DNA of 39,150 nucleotides from Holosporaceae bacterium (GTDB lineage Bacteria; Pseudomonadota; Alphaproteobacteria; UBA3830): NCBI GenBank assembly GCA_031275895.1, contig JAISOD010000049.1, positions 1 to 39,150 of the forward strand, read 5' to 3'. Shown piece by piece: positions 24,429 to 33,194 of this stretch (position 1 is its first letter; each line of letters starts with the position of its first letter). The notes under the pieces were generated by a model. It saw only the letters and a program-made list of their open reading frames with translations, ran no database searches and was not told where the DNA came from. The position numbers and the translations under genes were made by a program.

Positions 24429-25196
24429 ATGATGAAAAAGATAATGATGGCAGCGATGTGCCTGTGTATTTTTGCGGCGGACGGAATGTCGTTGAGAGAG
24501 AGGGGGCAAGAGAAAAAACGCAATGGCGTTAATGTTTACGTTGGTTATTTATGCCCACCGTGTTGTGACACAGCGGGTAGTGAAGAGTTTAGTATTCGTT
24601 ATGTTGACGCAAGAAAAATCTTGAATGGCCAGAGTGTCGCTAGCATTATAGGTTGGCTGTCAACGTTTCCGAAGGATAAAAAAGAGACACATACTGCGCG
24701 TGATTGTGTCTGTGGCTGTGTCATGAGAGTTGAATTTGAATTTCCGCTTCGCTGTTTTTTTTGTTGCGACGATTGTAAAGGCGATTGTTCAGGAGCTAAG
24801 TTAATGTTTAATACTCCGAATGGTAGCAAACGTAATTGGTTTATCGCCACCAACTATATCGAAGTTACTAATTTTATTGAAAAGTTGAATGAGAAGAAAG
24901 ACGCCGTCGTTGCTAAGATTAGTATTGTGCCTAAAGAAGCATGTAACATATTGCTAAGTTGCAGTCCGAAGTTCAAAGAAGAAGCATGTAACATATTGCT
25001 AAGTCGCAATCCGAAGCTCAAAGAAAAAGTATATAACATATTGCTAAGTTGCAATCAGAAGCTCATAGAAGAAGTATGTAACATATTGCTAAGTCGCAAT
25101 CAGAAGCTCAAAGGAGAAGTATGTGACATATTTCTAACTCGCAATCCGAAGCTCATAGACATTGAGTATAGCGTTTTCACTTCGGGTTTACCATAG
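24429..25196 (+). CDS. Cys-rich secreted protein with 5 x 15-aa C-terminal repeats; 3' end replaced by a MITE
   Basis: ATG at 24429 or 24432 after GGAGAA. Signal peptide MMKKIMMAAMCLCIFAADG. Cysteine clusters CPPCCD, CVCGCV and CFFCCDDCKGDC. The last 9 codons and the TAG (25194-25196) lie inside MITE copy 2. Confidence 0.6.
   Translation: MMKKIMMAAMCLCIFAADGMSLRERGQEKKRNGVNVYVGYLCPPCCDTAGSEEFSIRYVDARKILNGQSVASIIGWLSTFPKDKKETHTARDCVCGCVMRVEFEFPLRCFFCCDDCKGDCSGAKLMFNTPNGSKRNWFIATNYIEVTNFIEKLNEKKDAVVAKISIVPKEACNILLSCSPKFKEEACNILLSRNPKLKEKVYNILLSCNQKLIEEVCNILLSRNQKLKGEVCDIFLTRNPKLIDIEYSVFTSGLP
24936..25160 (+). repeat. 5 x 45-bp in-frame tandem repeat
   Basis: Units start at 24936, 24981, 25026, 25071 and 25116. 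They encode E(A/V)CNILLS(C/R)(S/N)(P/Q)K(F/L)(K/I)(E/G/D) variants. Confidence 0.9.
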
Positions 25197-25260
25197 CGGT
25201 TCGCTAATTTACATGAGTTTTCGTGAAATGTAAAATGGCAAAAGCAAAGTGAAAATGCTA
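25169..25260 (-). mobile_element. 92-bp MITE, copy 2 (inverted relative to copies 1 and 3)
   Basis: Its reverse complement differs from copy 1 at 3 positions. It is flanked by TA at 25167-25168 and 25261-25262. Confidence 0.9.
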
Positions 25261-25363
25261 TAATAAAGACTTAGTCTAAAGTGTTTCGCGATGATTCTTT
25301 TTGAGGAGCCATAGGGCCGTTACTCGACATCCGAAGCATTGTATGCTACAAGATTCCGGTCTT

Positions 25364-25439
<76 letters not shown>

Positions 25440-25580
25440 TATGAAATCTACAAAAGACCGGCTAAGACGTTTTTATTGCGGCTTAGTTGGGCGCGCGACT
25501 GAAAAGCGCCTGAAAACAAAACTGCTGCGCGATGGCAGACCGCCTACGGCTCGCGTTGCGACTATGTCTGCGCTCAGAAA

Positions 25581-25697
25581 CTAGCTTAACCCTATAAATG
25601 CAATTATCATGGTCATTACGAATAATAGCATTCTTTTCTGCCATTCTTCGTCATTCTTTGCCAGCGCGTCTTTGATTTCTTGCGATTCGCTCACCAT
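25581..25697 (-). CDS. possible small tail-anchored membrane protein (38 aa)
   Basis: Not in the track. An ATG lies 6 nt after GGGAG. It reads MVSESQEIKDALAKNDEEWQKRMLLFVMTMIIAFIGLS*. Confidence 0.3.
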   Translation of the reverse strand: MVSESQEIKDALAKNDEEWQKRMLLFVMTMIIAFIGLS

Positions 25698-25860
25698 AAT
25701 TTCTCCCGTCAATACGTAGGCTAGTCCTATTCCATCGATTTGCCGGAAACTTTTTTAATTTCACATGGAGCGTACTGCTTGGCCCATGCGTTCCGACTAG
25801 CTCCTTCGTCATGATTCCAAAAAAAAATTAATATTTAGTAAAAATCTGGAAAATAAAAAT

Positions 25861-27081
25861 ATGCAACTCAAAAATCAAGATTTCATTATTCCATGGGAAA
25901 AAATTGCTCGACCAAACCAGATCGCTCCATCGGGAGACTGGAATGTGTGGATGATACTGGCCGGACGCGGTTTCGGCAAAACCAGGTCTGCCGCCGAAAC
26001 CATAAGAAAATGGGCAGTCGGCGGTCAGTATAGAAGAATCGCTCTCATAGCCAACACAATTCAGGAGGCGCGTCAGGTTATGGTGGAGGGCGAAAGCGGA
26101 CTGCTGTCCATTTCGAAGGAAAGCGAGAAACTGATGTTTCAGCCCAGTCGTCGTCTGCTGCAGTGGCCAAACGACGCCGTTGCAACCCTCTACGGAGCAG
26201 AACACTACGAGCAGCTGCGAGGGCCGCAATTTGACGCCGCCTGGATAGACGAATTTGCGAAATTTCAGCATCCGAGGGAAACCTTCGAGCAGCTTTCCTT
26301 CTCCCTTCGTTTGGGAAAAAATCCCAAAATTATTCTAACCACAACCCCAAGGCCAATCCAATTTATAAAAGATCTCCTGCAGAGAGAAGACGTTGTGACT
26401 GTGCGCGGAACGTCGCTGGAAAATATCGATAATCTATCGCCAACATTTCTGAAACAGCTAGAATTTCTTCGGGGAACTCGCCTGGAGGCGCAGGAAATCT
26501 ACGCGGAAATAGTGGAAGAAGCTCAAAACTCTCTCTGGTCTTGGAAAGATATAGAAAATTGCTACCGAACGCCGCCGCATTTTCTTGCCAATGTTGTGAT
26601 TGGAGTGGATCCGGCACTGTCGTCCGGAGAAAACAGCGACGAAACCGGAATAATCGCCGTTGGCATGGATGGAGCGGGAAAAGCCTACGTTCTGGACGAT
26701 CTGAGCATCTGTGCAGCGCCTGAAATTTGGGCAAAACGAGTAATTGACGTCTATCATCGCTACTACGCTCGTCTGGTGATAATGGAAGCCAACGCCGGCG
26801 GGGAATTGTTAATAAATTTGCTAAAATCCATCGATAGTACGGTGAAACTGAAGACGGTTTACGCCCACGCGTCGAAAACTTCCCGCGCAGAGCCCGTGGT
26901 TATCCTCTACCAGAAGAAAATGGCCTTCCATTCGCGACAATTTCATGAATTGGAGATGCAGATGGCCACCTACGAACCGCGCAGTAAATCTCCGGACAGA
27001 CTGGACGCACTGGTCTGGGCCATGCGAGAACTTTTCCAAATAAACGAGCGCTCAATGACGCCGGCGATTTTTGTCGCATAA
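25861..27081 (+). CDS. phage/GTA terminase large subunit (RcGTA g2-like)
   Basis: The Walker A region WMILAGRGFGKTRSAAETI, the Walker B-like AAWIDEFAKF, and a C-terminal nuclease half (VIGVDPA..SDETGI, MEANAGGE, RLDALVWAM). Confidence 0.9.
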   Translation: MQLKNQDFIIPWEKIARPNQIAPSGDWNVWMILAGRGFGKTRSAAETIRKWAVGGQYRRIALIANTIQEARQVMVEGESGLLSISKESEKLMFQPSRRLLQWPNDAVATLYGAEHYEQLRGPQFDAAWIDEFAKFQHPRETFEQLSFSLRLGKNPKIILTTTPRPIQFIKDLLQREDVVTVRGTSLENIDNLSPTFLKQLEFLRGTRLEAQEIYAEIVEEAQNSLWSWKDIENCYRTPPHFLANVVIGVDPALSSGENSDETGIIAVGMDGAGKAYVLDDLSICAAPEIWAKRVIDVYHRYYARLVIMEANAGGELLINLLKSIDSTVKLKTVYAHASKTSRAEPVVILYQKKMAFHSRQFHELEMQMATYEPRSKSPDRLDALVWAMRELFQINERSMTPAIFVA

Positions 27082-27094
27082 ACTCGACTATTTG

Positions 27095-28990
27095 CTATTC
27101 TATGCCCCTTAAAACGTTGAAATTGGCCTTTCTAAATGAACCGATTCCATTCGATGAAATGTTGCTCCCGAAATAGAATTTCTGCTTGTTGGAATGCGCA
27201 TTTACAGTGGCGGATTCTTTATCCTCATAGGTATTGGTAATGCTCTCCTCAGCCTCTAAATTAAAGTATTTCCCGTCATACTTAAGCGAGAAACACGGAT
27301 TGCTGTAGCCTGGCTTGCTGGTCCTCTCCGCATGCAACTCCAGACCTTTAATTTCCTCTGGAGTATAAACGATCTGCGCATAGCAGAGCCTTTTTTCTTC
27401 GTCGTAGTGGCTATACTTTCCACCTACGGATAAATCGCTGCCAATTTTAACGGTGCACACAAGCGTAAGCCGCCGATCAGGGGATTTAAGATTTCTTCCT
27501 TTATGCGGATCATCGTAGGTTAATCCGCCCGATATGGTGAAGAAACAACAATCGAAAGCATTTTGGGTCAAACTTAAGGTATATTCGCGTAGTCTCTTGC
27601 TCTTCGTCCATTCTCCGTTGAAAATGAAGGCCGGAGTGAAGCCAAACACCGGCTTAGAGTATAATCTCGCCGTAATCTGCCTGGCAGAAGAGTCCTCTGT
27701 GGAATTTTTGAATTTTTTCTTGATATCGTCGTCGCTGAAATACTTTTCAATGAACTTGTTATAGGCTTCATCTCGCTCTTCGCCTTTGCCAAGGTCGCCG
27801 AAATGCTTTCCCTTCATGGCGGCGAAGGCTTCCAGAAAGATCCCAAATTCGTTTTCCGGAAGAGAATAGAAAATACCCGCTCCGGCGGCGCGCTTTTTGG
27901 ATCCATCGCTTTTGCGCGCGTCGCTGTAGGCTATATTTGGGGATATTTTGCCGAAATCTGTGGCAAATATCATGACATAGTCCAGAAGATAGGAGTTTTC
28001 ATGAGCCTGGACTCCGCCGCCAACCGTTACGTTATCAGTGAGTCCATATCTATAATTGCAGTTGTAGCGCGGTTTTCTATGGTATCTGATTCTGTACGGA
28101 TCCTCCAGATCCCATTTGTGATCGCAGACAATCGTTAAGTCGAAGTCATCCTCGCCGTCGACAAGCATTCCGTAGCCGCCGAAATATTCAACCTTTAGGA
28201 CTTCTTTTCGCTTAACTTGGTCGCTGATTTTCAGGCTAACTCCTGGCAATTTTGCTTCCTCCGGCAAATCGTCGATGGAGTAAACTCCCGGAGCGAACAC
28301 CGTGACGGCAATGGTATCTTCTCCCATTTTGCATTCCACTTTGCTGGCTCTTGTGATCACCAAAGGCGAGCCGGCGTCGACGACGCTTCCGTCGCCCTTT
28401 TGTCGGAAAATGCTCAAACCGCCTCCCGACAACGGCTGCTGAAAGCCGATTGTGTTCCTAACTTTTGTATCTCCAGCCACAATCCCGAAATTATTTGACT
28501 TGTTTGTAAAAATAACGCGGCTGTAATTTCTGTAGAAGTGTGCCTTATCTAAAGCCTGAGCCATAGATGGTTCCAGGCTTTTTTTTATCTTTTTACCTTG
28601 GTTAAAATTATCGTAGAAATAGCCGCGGTTTTCCTCGTGCGTTATCCGAGACATATGACGCGCACCCTTCATCCATCCGGTGAACTGATACGAACGCCCG
28701 TAGAAGAAATCGCTTTCGATGAGGAAATCTCCAACAGCCAGAAAAGGAGTAAAGGCGACCGAAGACGTGTTTCTTGGACCCAAGCAAAACTCATTATCCC
28801 TCTCGTGGGCAACCTTGAAATTTAAAAATCCGTCAAATTTGACGCGATTATTTTTGATTTCATGATTCTCGTCGTAATTCTCAGCGTTGTCGCTGGAAAC
28901 TGTATCTGAAGTAGTTGCAGACTTCTCAGTCGTCGCCGAGACACATCCGCATACGCAGCCGGCTAGCAAGCAAAACAGTTTTCTCAACAT
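27095..28990 (-). CDS. large lipoprotein (632 aa), probably outer-membrane associated, function unknown
   Basis: Start at the ATG at 28990 (MLRKLFCLLAGCVCGC, lipobox LAGC); the ORF stays open to 29053. The composition is beta-rich and Y/G/F/D-rich. Confidence 0.6.
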   Translation of the reverse strand: MLRKLFCLLAGCVCGCVSATTEKSATTSDTVSSDNAENYDENHEIKNNRVKFDGFLNFKVAHERDNEFCLGPRNTSSVAFTPFLAVGDFLIESDFFYGRSYQFTGWMKGARHMSRITHEENRGYFYDNFNQGKKIKKSLEPSMAQALDKAHFYRNYSRVIFTNKSNNFGIVAGDTKVRNTIGFQQPLSGGGLSIFRQKGDGSVVDAGSPLVITRASKVECKMGEDTIAVTVFAPGVYSIDDLPEEAKLPGVSLKISDQVKRKEVLKVEYFGGYGMLVDGEDDFDLTIVCDHKWDLEDPYRIRYHRKPRYNCNYRYGLTDNVTVGGGVQAHENSYLLDYVMIFATDFGKISPNIAYSDARKSDGSKKRAAGAGIFYSLPENEFGIFLEAFAAMKGKHFGDLGKGEERDEAYNKFIEKYFSDDDIKKKFKNSTEDSSARQITARLYSKPVFGFTPAFIFNGEWTKSKRLREYTLSLTQNAFDCCFFTISGGLTYDDPHKGRNLKSPDRRLTLVCTVKIGSDLSVGGKYSHYDEEKRLCYAQIVYTPEEIKGLELHAERTSKPGYSNPCFSLKYDGKYFNLEAEESITNTYEDKESATVNAHSNKQKFYFGSNISSNGIGSFRKANFNVLRGIE

Positions 28991-29090
28991 ATTATAACCA
29001 CGCTCCAACACAAACCCGATGGAATGATTAGCACAACGAACAAACTCTCGCAACAGAAAAGCACGAACGTCTTCTACGGTTAATTAAAAT

Positions 29091-29804
29091 TTATCGCAAT
29101 TTAGCGGAGATTATATCCTCAAGATAGGCGATTTTTTCTTCCAATTCGTCTCCGTCAAAATCTTGGGCATAGACTGATCTGGCCTTTTCAACGTCTCCGG
29201 TCAAGCCGTAGGCAAGAGCCAGATTACTGCGGTAGGTAACGTTGGCCTCCGGCAGCGAGCAGGCGTTTTCCAGATAAAAAATCGCCTCCTTATGCTTATC
29301 GCAGAGCATTAGGGATAGCCCCATGTTATTGTAGGCATCTATATAGTTTGGATCCTTAGCTATCACCTGTTTGTACAGTTGCTGCGCTTTTTCATGCTCT
29401 CCACGACCATCAAAAATAGCCCCCAGGGCGTTCATGGCGTCCACAGACGAGCTTTGGAGAAATTCCTTTTCAGCCTTTGCCTTGTCTTCGGAAAGTAAAT
29501 GAATCTTCCCGCGCAGATAATGCGCATGCCCTTTATTGCACCCGACGCTTTCCGCTTTTTTAACGTATTCCAGAGCGGCGTCCAGTAGCTTTAGGTCTAT
29601 ATAGGACTCCGCCAATCCAAGATACGCCTCTGGATTATCGTTATCCATTGCCAGAGCTTTATTGTAGAAACTGATGGCTGCCTCGGAATTCCCGCTCTGG
29701 CGAGCTTTTTTTGCGATTCTCACCATGGGAGAGGACGATTGCTCCTCCTGCCCAGCGCAACCAGTCAACGCTACCAGAAAAAACACCTTCAACATTTTTT
29801 TCAC
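29091..29804 (-). CDS. TPR-repeat lipoprotein (TadD/PilF-like repeats)
   Basis: GTG at 29804, 6 nt after GGAG, gives MKKMLKVFFLVALTGCAG (lipobox LTGC). Several 34-aa TPR-like units follow (AISFYNKALAMDNDNPEAYLGLA, AQQLYKQVIAKDPNYIDAYNNMG, NLALAYGLTGDVEKA). Confidence 0.75.
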   Translation of the reverse strand: MKKMLKVFFLVALTGCAGQEEQSSSPMVRIAKKARQSGNSEAAISFYNKALAMDNDNPEAYLGLAESYIDLKLLDAALEYVKKAESVGCNKGHAHYLRGKIHLLSEDKAKAEKEFLQSSSVDAMNALGAIFDGRGEHEKAQQLYKQVIAKDPNYIDAYNNMGLSLMLCDKHKEAIFYLENACSLPEANVTYRSNLALAYGLTGDVEKARSVYAQDFDGDELEEKIAYLEDIISAKLR

Positions 29805-29821
29805 GATGAACTCCGACAAAA

Positions 29822-30949
29822 CTACCTATAACCAAACTGCCTGGCCGGCTTTTCGACGAACCTATACGCCAACTCGACAATCGCAAGCAATAACGCGAGG
29901 AGCATTATAAATTGATAAAAAAGAAATTCATACTCGGAAAACGATTCCTTCGGGAAATATATGGAATTTGTGTACCAGACCACAATATTCATCAGCAGCA
30001 ACTGCAGCGCATAGAAAGAAAACGACCTACTGCCGAGAAAATCAAAGATTTTGCCCAGGAGCGGAATGGCGAAACTTCCTTCCGCAAAAGCTGCCAGAAC
30101 TACGATGAAAACGGAGGCAAGGCTAATTATAGTTCCAGTGAAATATGAAGCGTTTACGGTGGATGGATAGAACCAGATTAACAGTGCCAGGATCGATGAC
30201 GTTAGCATTGCGATCTTTTTACTAAACGCAAAAGAGTATTCTTCGCGGTACAGAAACGCAAAAAACGACCCCAAAAGCAGCTCGGATACATTGTTGTGGA
30301 TTAAATAATATTTTTTGCCCCAGAAAGCGACGGACAACGGGTTGACTATGAACAGAAAAAAACACCCGAGGCAGAGTGAAACTAGGGCTCGAGCGTTATT
30401 GTTTTTACACATTAGCAGTACTACTGGCCACAGAATATAGAACTGCGCCTCGATGGCAAGAGTCCAAAACGGCCCAATCCCGCCAACGTGAATTTTTTCC
30501 TGAGATACGAATAATTCTACGGAATTTGAGTATGAGCCAAACAATATTTCGAATGGAGCGCGCAAAAGAGACGACGTCCAGGAGAGATCGTTTTCCGTGG
30601 CGCAGTAAAAGATTCCCAGGAGAATTACGACTAAAATCATCACCGGAAATATCCTAAAAAATCTCCTCTTATAAAATGAAAGAAGTATTTTTCTGGCCGC
30701 AAGCAATCTGTCTAGAAAAAGCCCGTCCGGCAGCGAGCTAAATTTAGCCTTTAGAGACAGCGTAATAATAAATCCAGAAATGGCGAAAAATATATGAACG
30801 GCGCCGGAACCGAACAGCAAAAATGAAGGAACAATTTCATATATGAATCGCAATTGACAAATCCATGCCGCATGTTGAATGAAAACCAGAACGCAGGCAA
30901 AACCCCTCAAACGTTCTATATCATTGAAGATTCTCGTTTTTGCGATCAT
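29822..30949 (-). CDS. acyltransferase family 3 (OafA/YrhL-like) membrane protein
   Basis: About 10 TM helices. N-terminal RLRGFACVLVFIQH, typical of acyltransferase_3. Confidence 0.75.
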   Translation of the reverse strand: MIAKTRIFNDIERLRGFACVLVFIQHAAWICQLRFIYEIVPSFLLFGSGAVHIFFAISGFIITLSLKAKFSSLPDGLFLDRLLAARKILLSFYKRRFFRIFPVMILVVILLGIFYCATENDLSWTSSLLRAPFEILFGSYSNSVELFVSQEKIHVGGIGPFWTLAIEAQFYILWPVVLLMCKNNNARALVSLCLGCFFLFIVNPLSVAFWGKKYYLIHNNVSELLLGSFFAFLYREEYSFAFSKKIAMLTSSILALLIWFYPSTVNASYFTGTIISLASVFIVVLAAFAEGSFAIPLLGKIFDFLGSRSFSFYALQLLLMNIVVWYTNSIYFPKESFSEYEFLFYQFIMLLALLLAIVELAYRFVEKPARQFGYR

Positions 30950-30950
30950 T

Positions 30951-32288
30951 TTACACTCCCATCATCGACATTATTTTGGCAATTCCTCCGCTCTTTTTCA
31001 TTTTTTTAAAAATATCGAGAGTTCCCTTGTATTGTTTTAATAATCTATTGACCTCCTGGACAGTCGTTCCAGAGCCTGAAGCAATACGTCTCTTGCGGGA
31101 TCCGTTCAGCACTCTGTAGTTCATCCTCTCCTTTTTTGTCATGGAATTGATGATGGCCAAGTTTTTGATTACGATTTTATCGGATATACCATGCGTCTCC
31201 ATCATACCTTCCAGCTGTCTTGCCTGCGGCAACATTTGCATGATGGATTTTATACCGCCGAGCTTAGACACTTTTCTCATCTGATCCGCAAAATCGTCAA
31301 ATGTAAAAATTCCTGATTGCAGTTTTTCAGCAGTTTTGCTTGCTTCGCTGCTGGAAAAGTGTTCCTGCGCTTTTTCCACGAGAGAAACGACGTCTCCCAT
31401 TCCCAAAAGTTTGCGTGCTATCCTTTCCGCGTCAAAGTGATCGATATCGTCCAGACGCTCTCCGGCGCACAAGAATTTAATGGCGCATCCGGTCAGCGCA
31501 CGCATCGAAAGCGCGACTCCGCCGCGAGCGTCGCCGTCCAATCTGGTTAAAATTATACCGTTAATCCCAAGAGACTCCAAAAATTTATTGGCAATGTTAA
31601 ATGCGTCTTGCCCTATCATGACGTCCACGACCAAAATAACCTCCTGCGGCTGGAGTACTTTCTTTATTTCCGCCAGTTCGTCCATTTTAACTTCGTCGAT
31701 GTGAAGTCTACCTGCAGTATCGACGATCAGCGCGTCGGCCTGCTCTTTTTTTAGCCTTTCTAGAGACAAACTACATATTCTACCAACAGACAGGTTGTTT
31801 TCGTCTTCCAAAGGGCAAAAAATCGATCCCGGAATCTTCTTGGATAGCAAACGTAGCTGTTCGATGGCTGCCGGACGATAAATATCCGTCGAAGTAAGCA
31901 TGATTTTTCGATTATTTTTGCTCAAAAGCTTTGCCAATTTCCCTGCCGTAGTGGTCTTCCCCACTCCCTGCAGACCAACCAGCATTATCCTATGTGGTTT
32001 TGCGCCAACTTCGATGCTTTCAGGTGCTCCCAAGAGTTCAACCAGACAATCGTGCACAATTTTCGTTACCATTTGCTCTGGAGAGATGGATTTTATTACG
32101 TTTTGGCCTATAGCCTTTGCCCTGACGTCCTCAATGAATTTTTTCGCCACCGGAAGCGACACATCCGCTTCCAGAAGGGCAATTCTAATTTCACGCAGCG
32201 CCGCGTCCACATCTTCATCTCTGAGAATTCCGCTTCTGCGCAGCTTTTCGAAAATTCCAGATATTCGATGAGAAAACGAGTCGAACAT
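30951..32288 (-). CDS. ffh: signal recognition particle protein Ffh
   Basis: Start at the ATG at 32288 (MFDSFSHRISGIFEKLR). GTPase motifs GLQGVGKTTT, DTAGR and TRLDGDARGG, and a Met-rich M domain. The ORF stays open to 32306. Confidence 0.95.
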   Translation of the reverse strand: MFDSFSHRISGIFEKLRRSGILRDEDVDAALREIRIALLEADVSLPVAKKFIEDVRAKAIGQNVIKSISPEQMVTKIVHDCLVELLGAPESIEVGAKPHRIMLVGLQGVGKTTTAGKLAKLLSKNNRKIMLTSTDIYRPAAIEQLRLLSKKIPGSIFCPLEDENNLSVGRICSLSLERLKKEQADALIVDTAGRLHIDEVKMDELAEIKKVLQPQEVILVVDVMIGQDAFNIANKFLESLGINGIILTRLDGDARGGVALSMRALTGCAIKFLCAGERLDDIDHFDAERIARKLLGMGDVVSLVEKAQEHFSSSEASKTAEKLQSGIFTFDDFADQMRKVSKLGGIKSIMQMLPQARQLEGMMETHGISDKIVIKNLAIINSMTKKERMNYRVLNGSRKRRIASGSGTTVQEVNRLLKQYKGTLDIFKKMKKSGGIAKIMSMMGV

Positions 32289-32498
32289 CTTCAACGATCT
32301 CCTCAATAAACAAAGACTGCCGATTCTAGCACGATTGGCGATGCTTAGGAAAGTTTGATATCATTATGATGGCGGCTGATGCGCCGCAGCGGCAAAATAA
32401 AACAAAGGAACGAAAGCTTGAATTACAGAAATAATCGCCGTCTAAGAGAAAAATTATGGATATTTTCCTTTTTTATCTCCAATTATCGCAGGAAATGC

Positions 32499-32990
32499 AT
32501 GGCGCTCCTGCTGGCGGCAGCTTCGTTTTTTACGATATTTTTCGATGGAATCGACGATAAAACGTCCTTCGAATTATATCTGAAAAAATTGCAAAATCTC
32601 TCGGAATATACAGTGGATAATATGCAGAAATATATGACAACGCGCCACTATATGCTAAGTCCTAATAAACATCCCAACAAAACGCACAAACATAGAACTC
32701 GCTCTGAGTTTAACGCGCATAAGCACAAATTGCAGCTGGAATGGAGCGCACACTACGCGAAGCCATGGCCGATCAAAAAACACTTCCATATGCACCACAT
32801 AGTGCCCATCAATGCTGGAGGACTCAACAAATGGTGGAATGTTACCCCGCTCTCGGAAGAAAACCACAAAGAGTTGCACTCTTCTTTGGAAGAACACGCT
32901 GCATTTTTTCATAGCGCGCTGGAACGGAAATCCTACAGATTGTTGTTGAGAATTAGAGAAGAAATTCGAGCGTTTCTAGAGCGTAAATAG
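32499..32990 (+). CDS. colicin/pyocin-type HNH DNase-domain protein with a hydrophobic N-terminus
   Basis: FHMHHIVPINAGGLNKWWNVTPLSEENHKELH matches the HH..P....GG....N....P..H...H pattern of colicin E9-type DNases. The start at the ATG at 32499 (MALLLAAASFFTIFF) follows AGGAAA; the ORF stays open to 32379. Confidence 0.65.
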   Translation: MALLLAAASFFTIFFDGIDDKTSFELYLKKLQNLSEYTVDNMQKYMTTRHYMLSPNKHPNKTHKHRTRSEFNAHKHKLQLEWSAHYAKPWPIKKHFHMHHIVPINAGGLNKWWNVTPLSEENHKELHSSLEEHAAFFHSALERKSYRLLLRIREEIRAFLERK

Positions 32991-33102
32991 CTCTGCCTAA
33001 TCTGCCGATGGAAAGACTCCTAAAAAGATCATTTGGATTACAGCAAGCGCCTACTTTTTACGCCGCTAGATTGTGTGAAATCGCACGGCGTCTCGGCGAA
33101 TA

Positions 33103-33194
33103 TAGCATTTTCACTTTGCTTTTGCCATTTTACATTTCACGAAAACTCACGTAAATTAGCGAATCGCTATGGTAAATCCGAAGTGAAAACGCTA
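33103..33194 (+). mobile_element. 92-bp MITE, copy 3 (identical to copy 1)
   Basis: Flanked by TA at 33101-33102 and 33195-33196. Its last 3 nt supply the TAG stop of the histidine-kinase ORF on the minus strand. Confidence 0.9.

Noticed and set aside
24936-25160. Five regularly spaced 45-bp repeats considered as a possible CRISPR-like array
   Set aside because: The units are directly adjacent with no spacers, are in frame within a signal-peptide ORF, and vary at codon positions. This is a coding tandem repeat.
25828-26757. Minus-strand ORFs 25828..26271, 26363..26734 and 26458..26757
   Set aside because: They are antisense to the terminase gene, which has clear Walker A/B and nuclease motifs.
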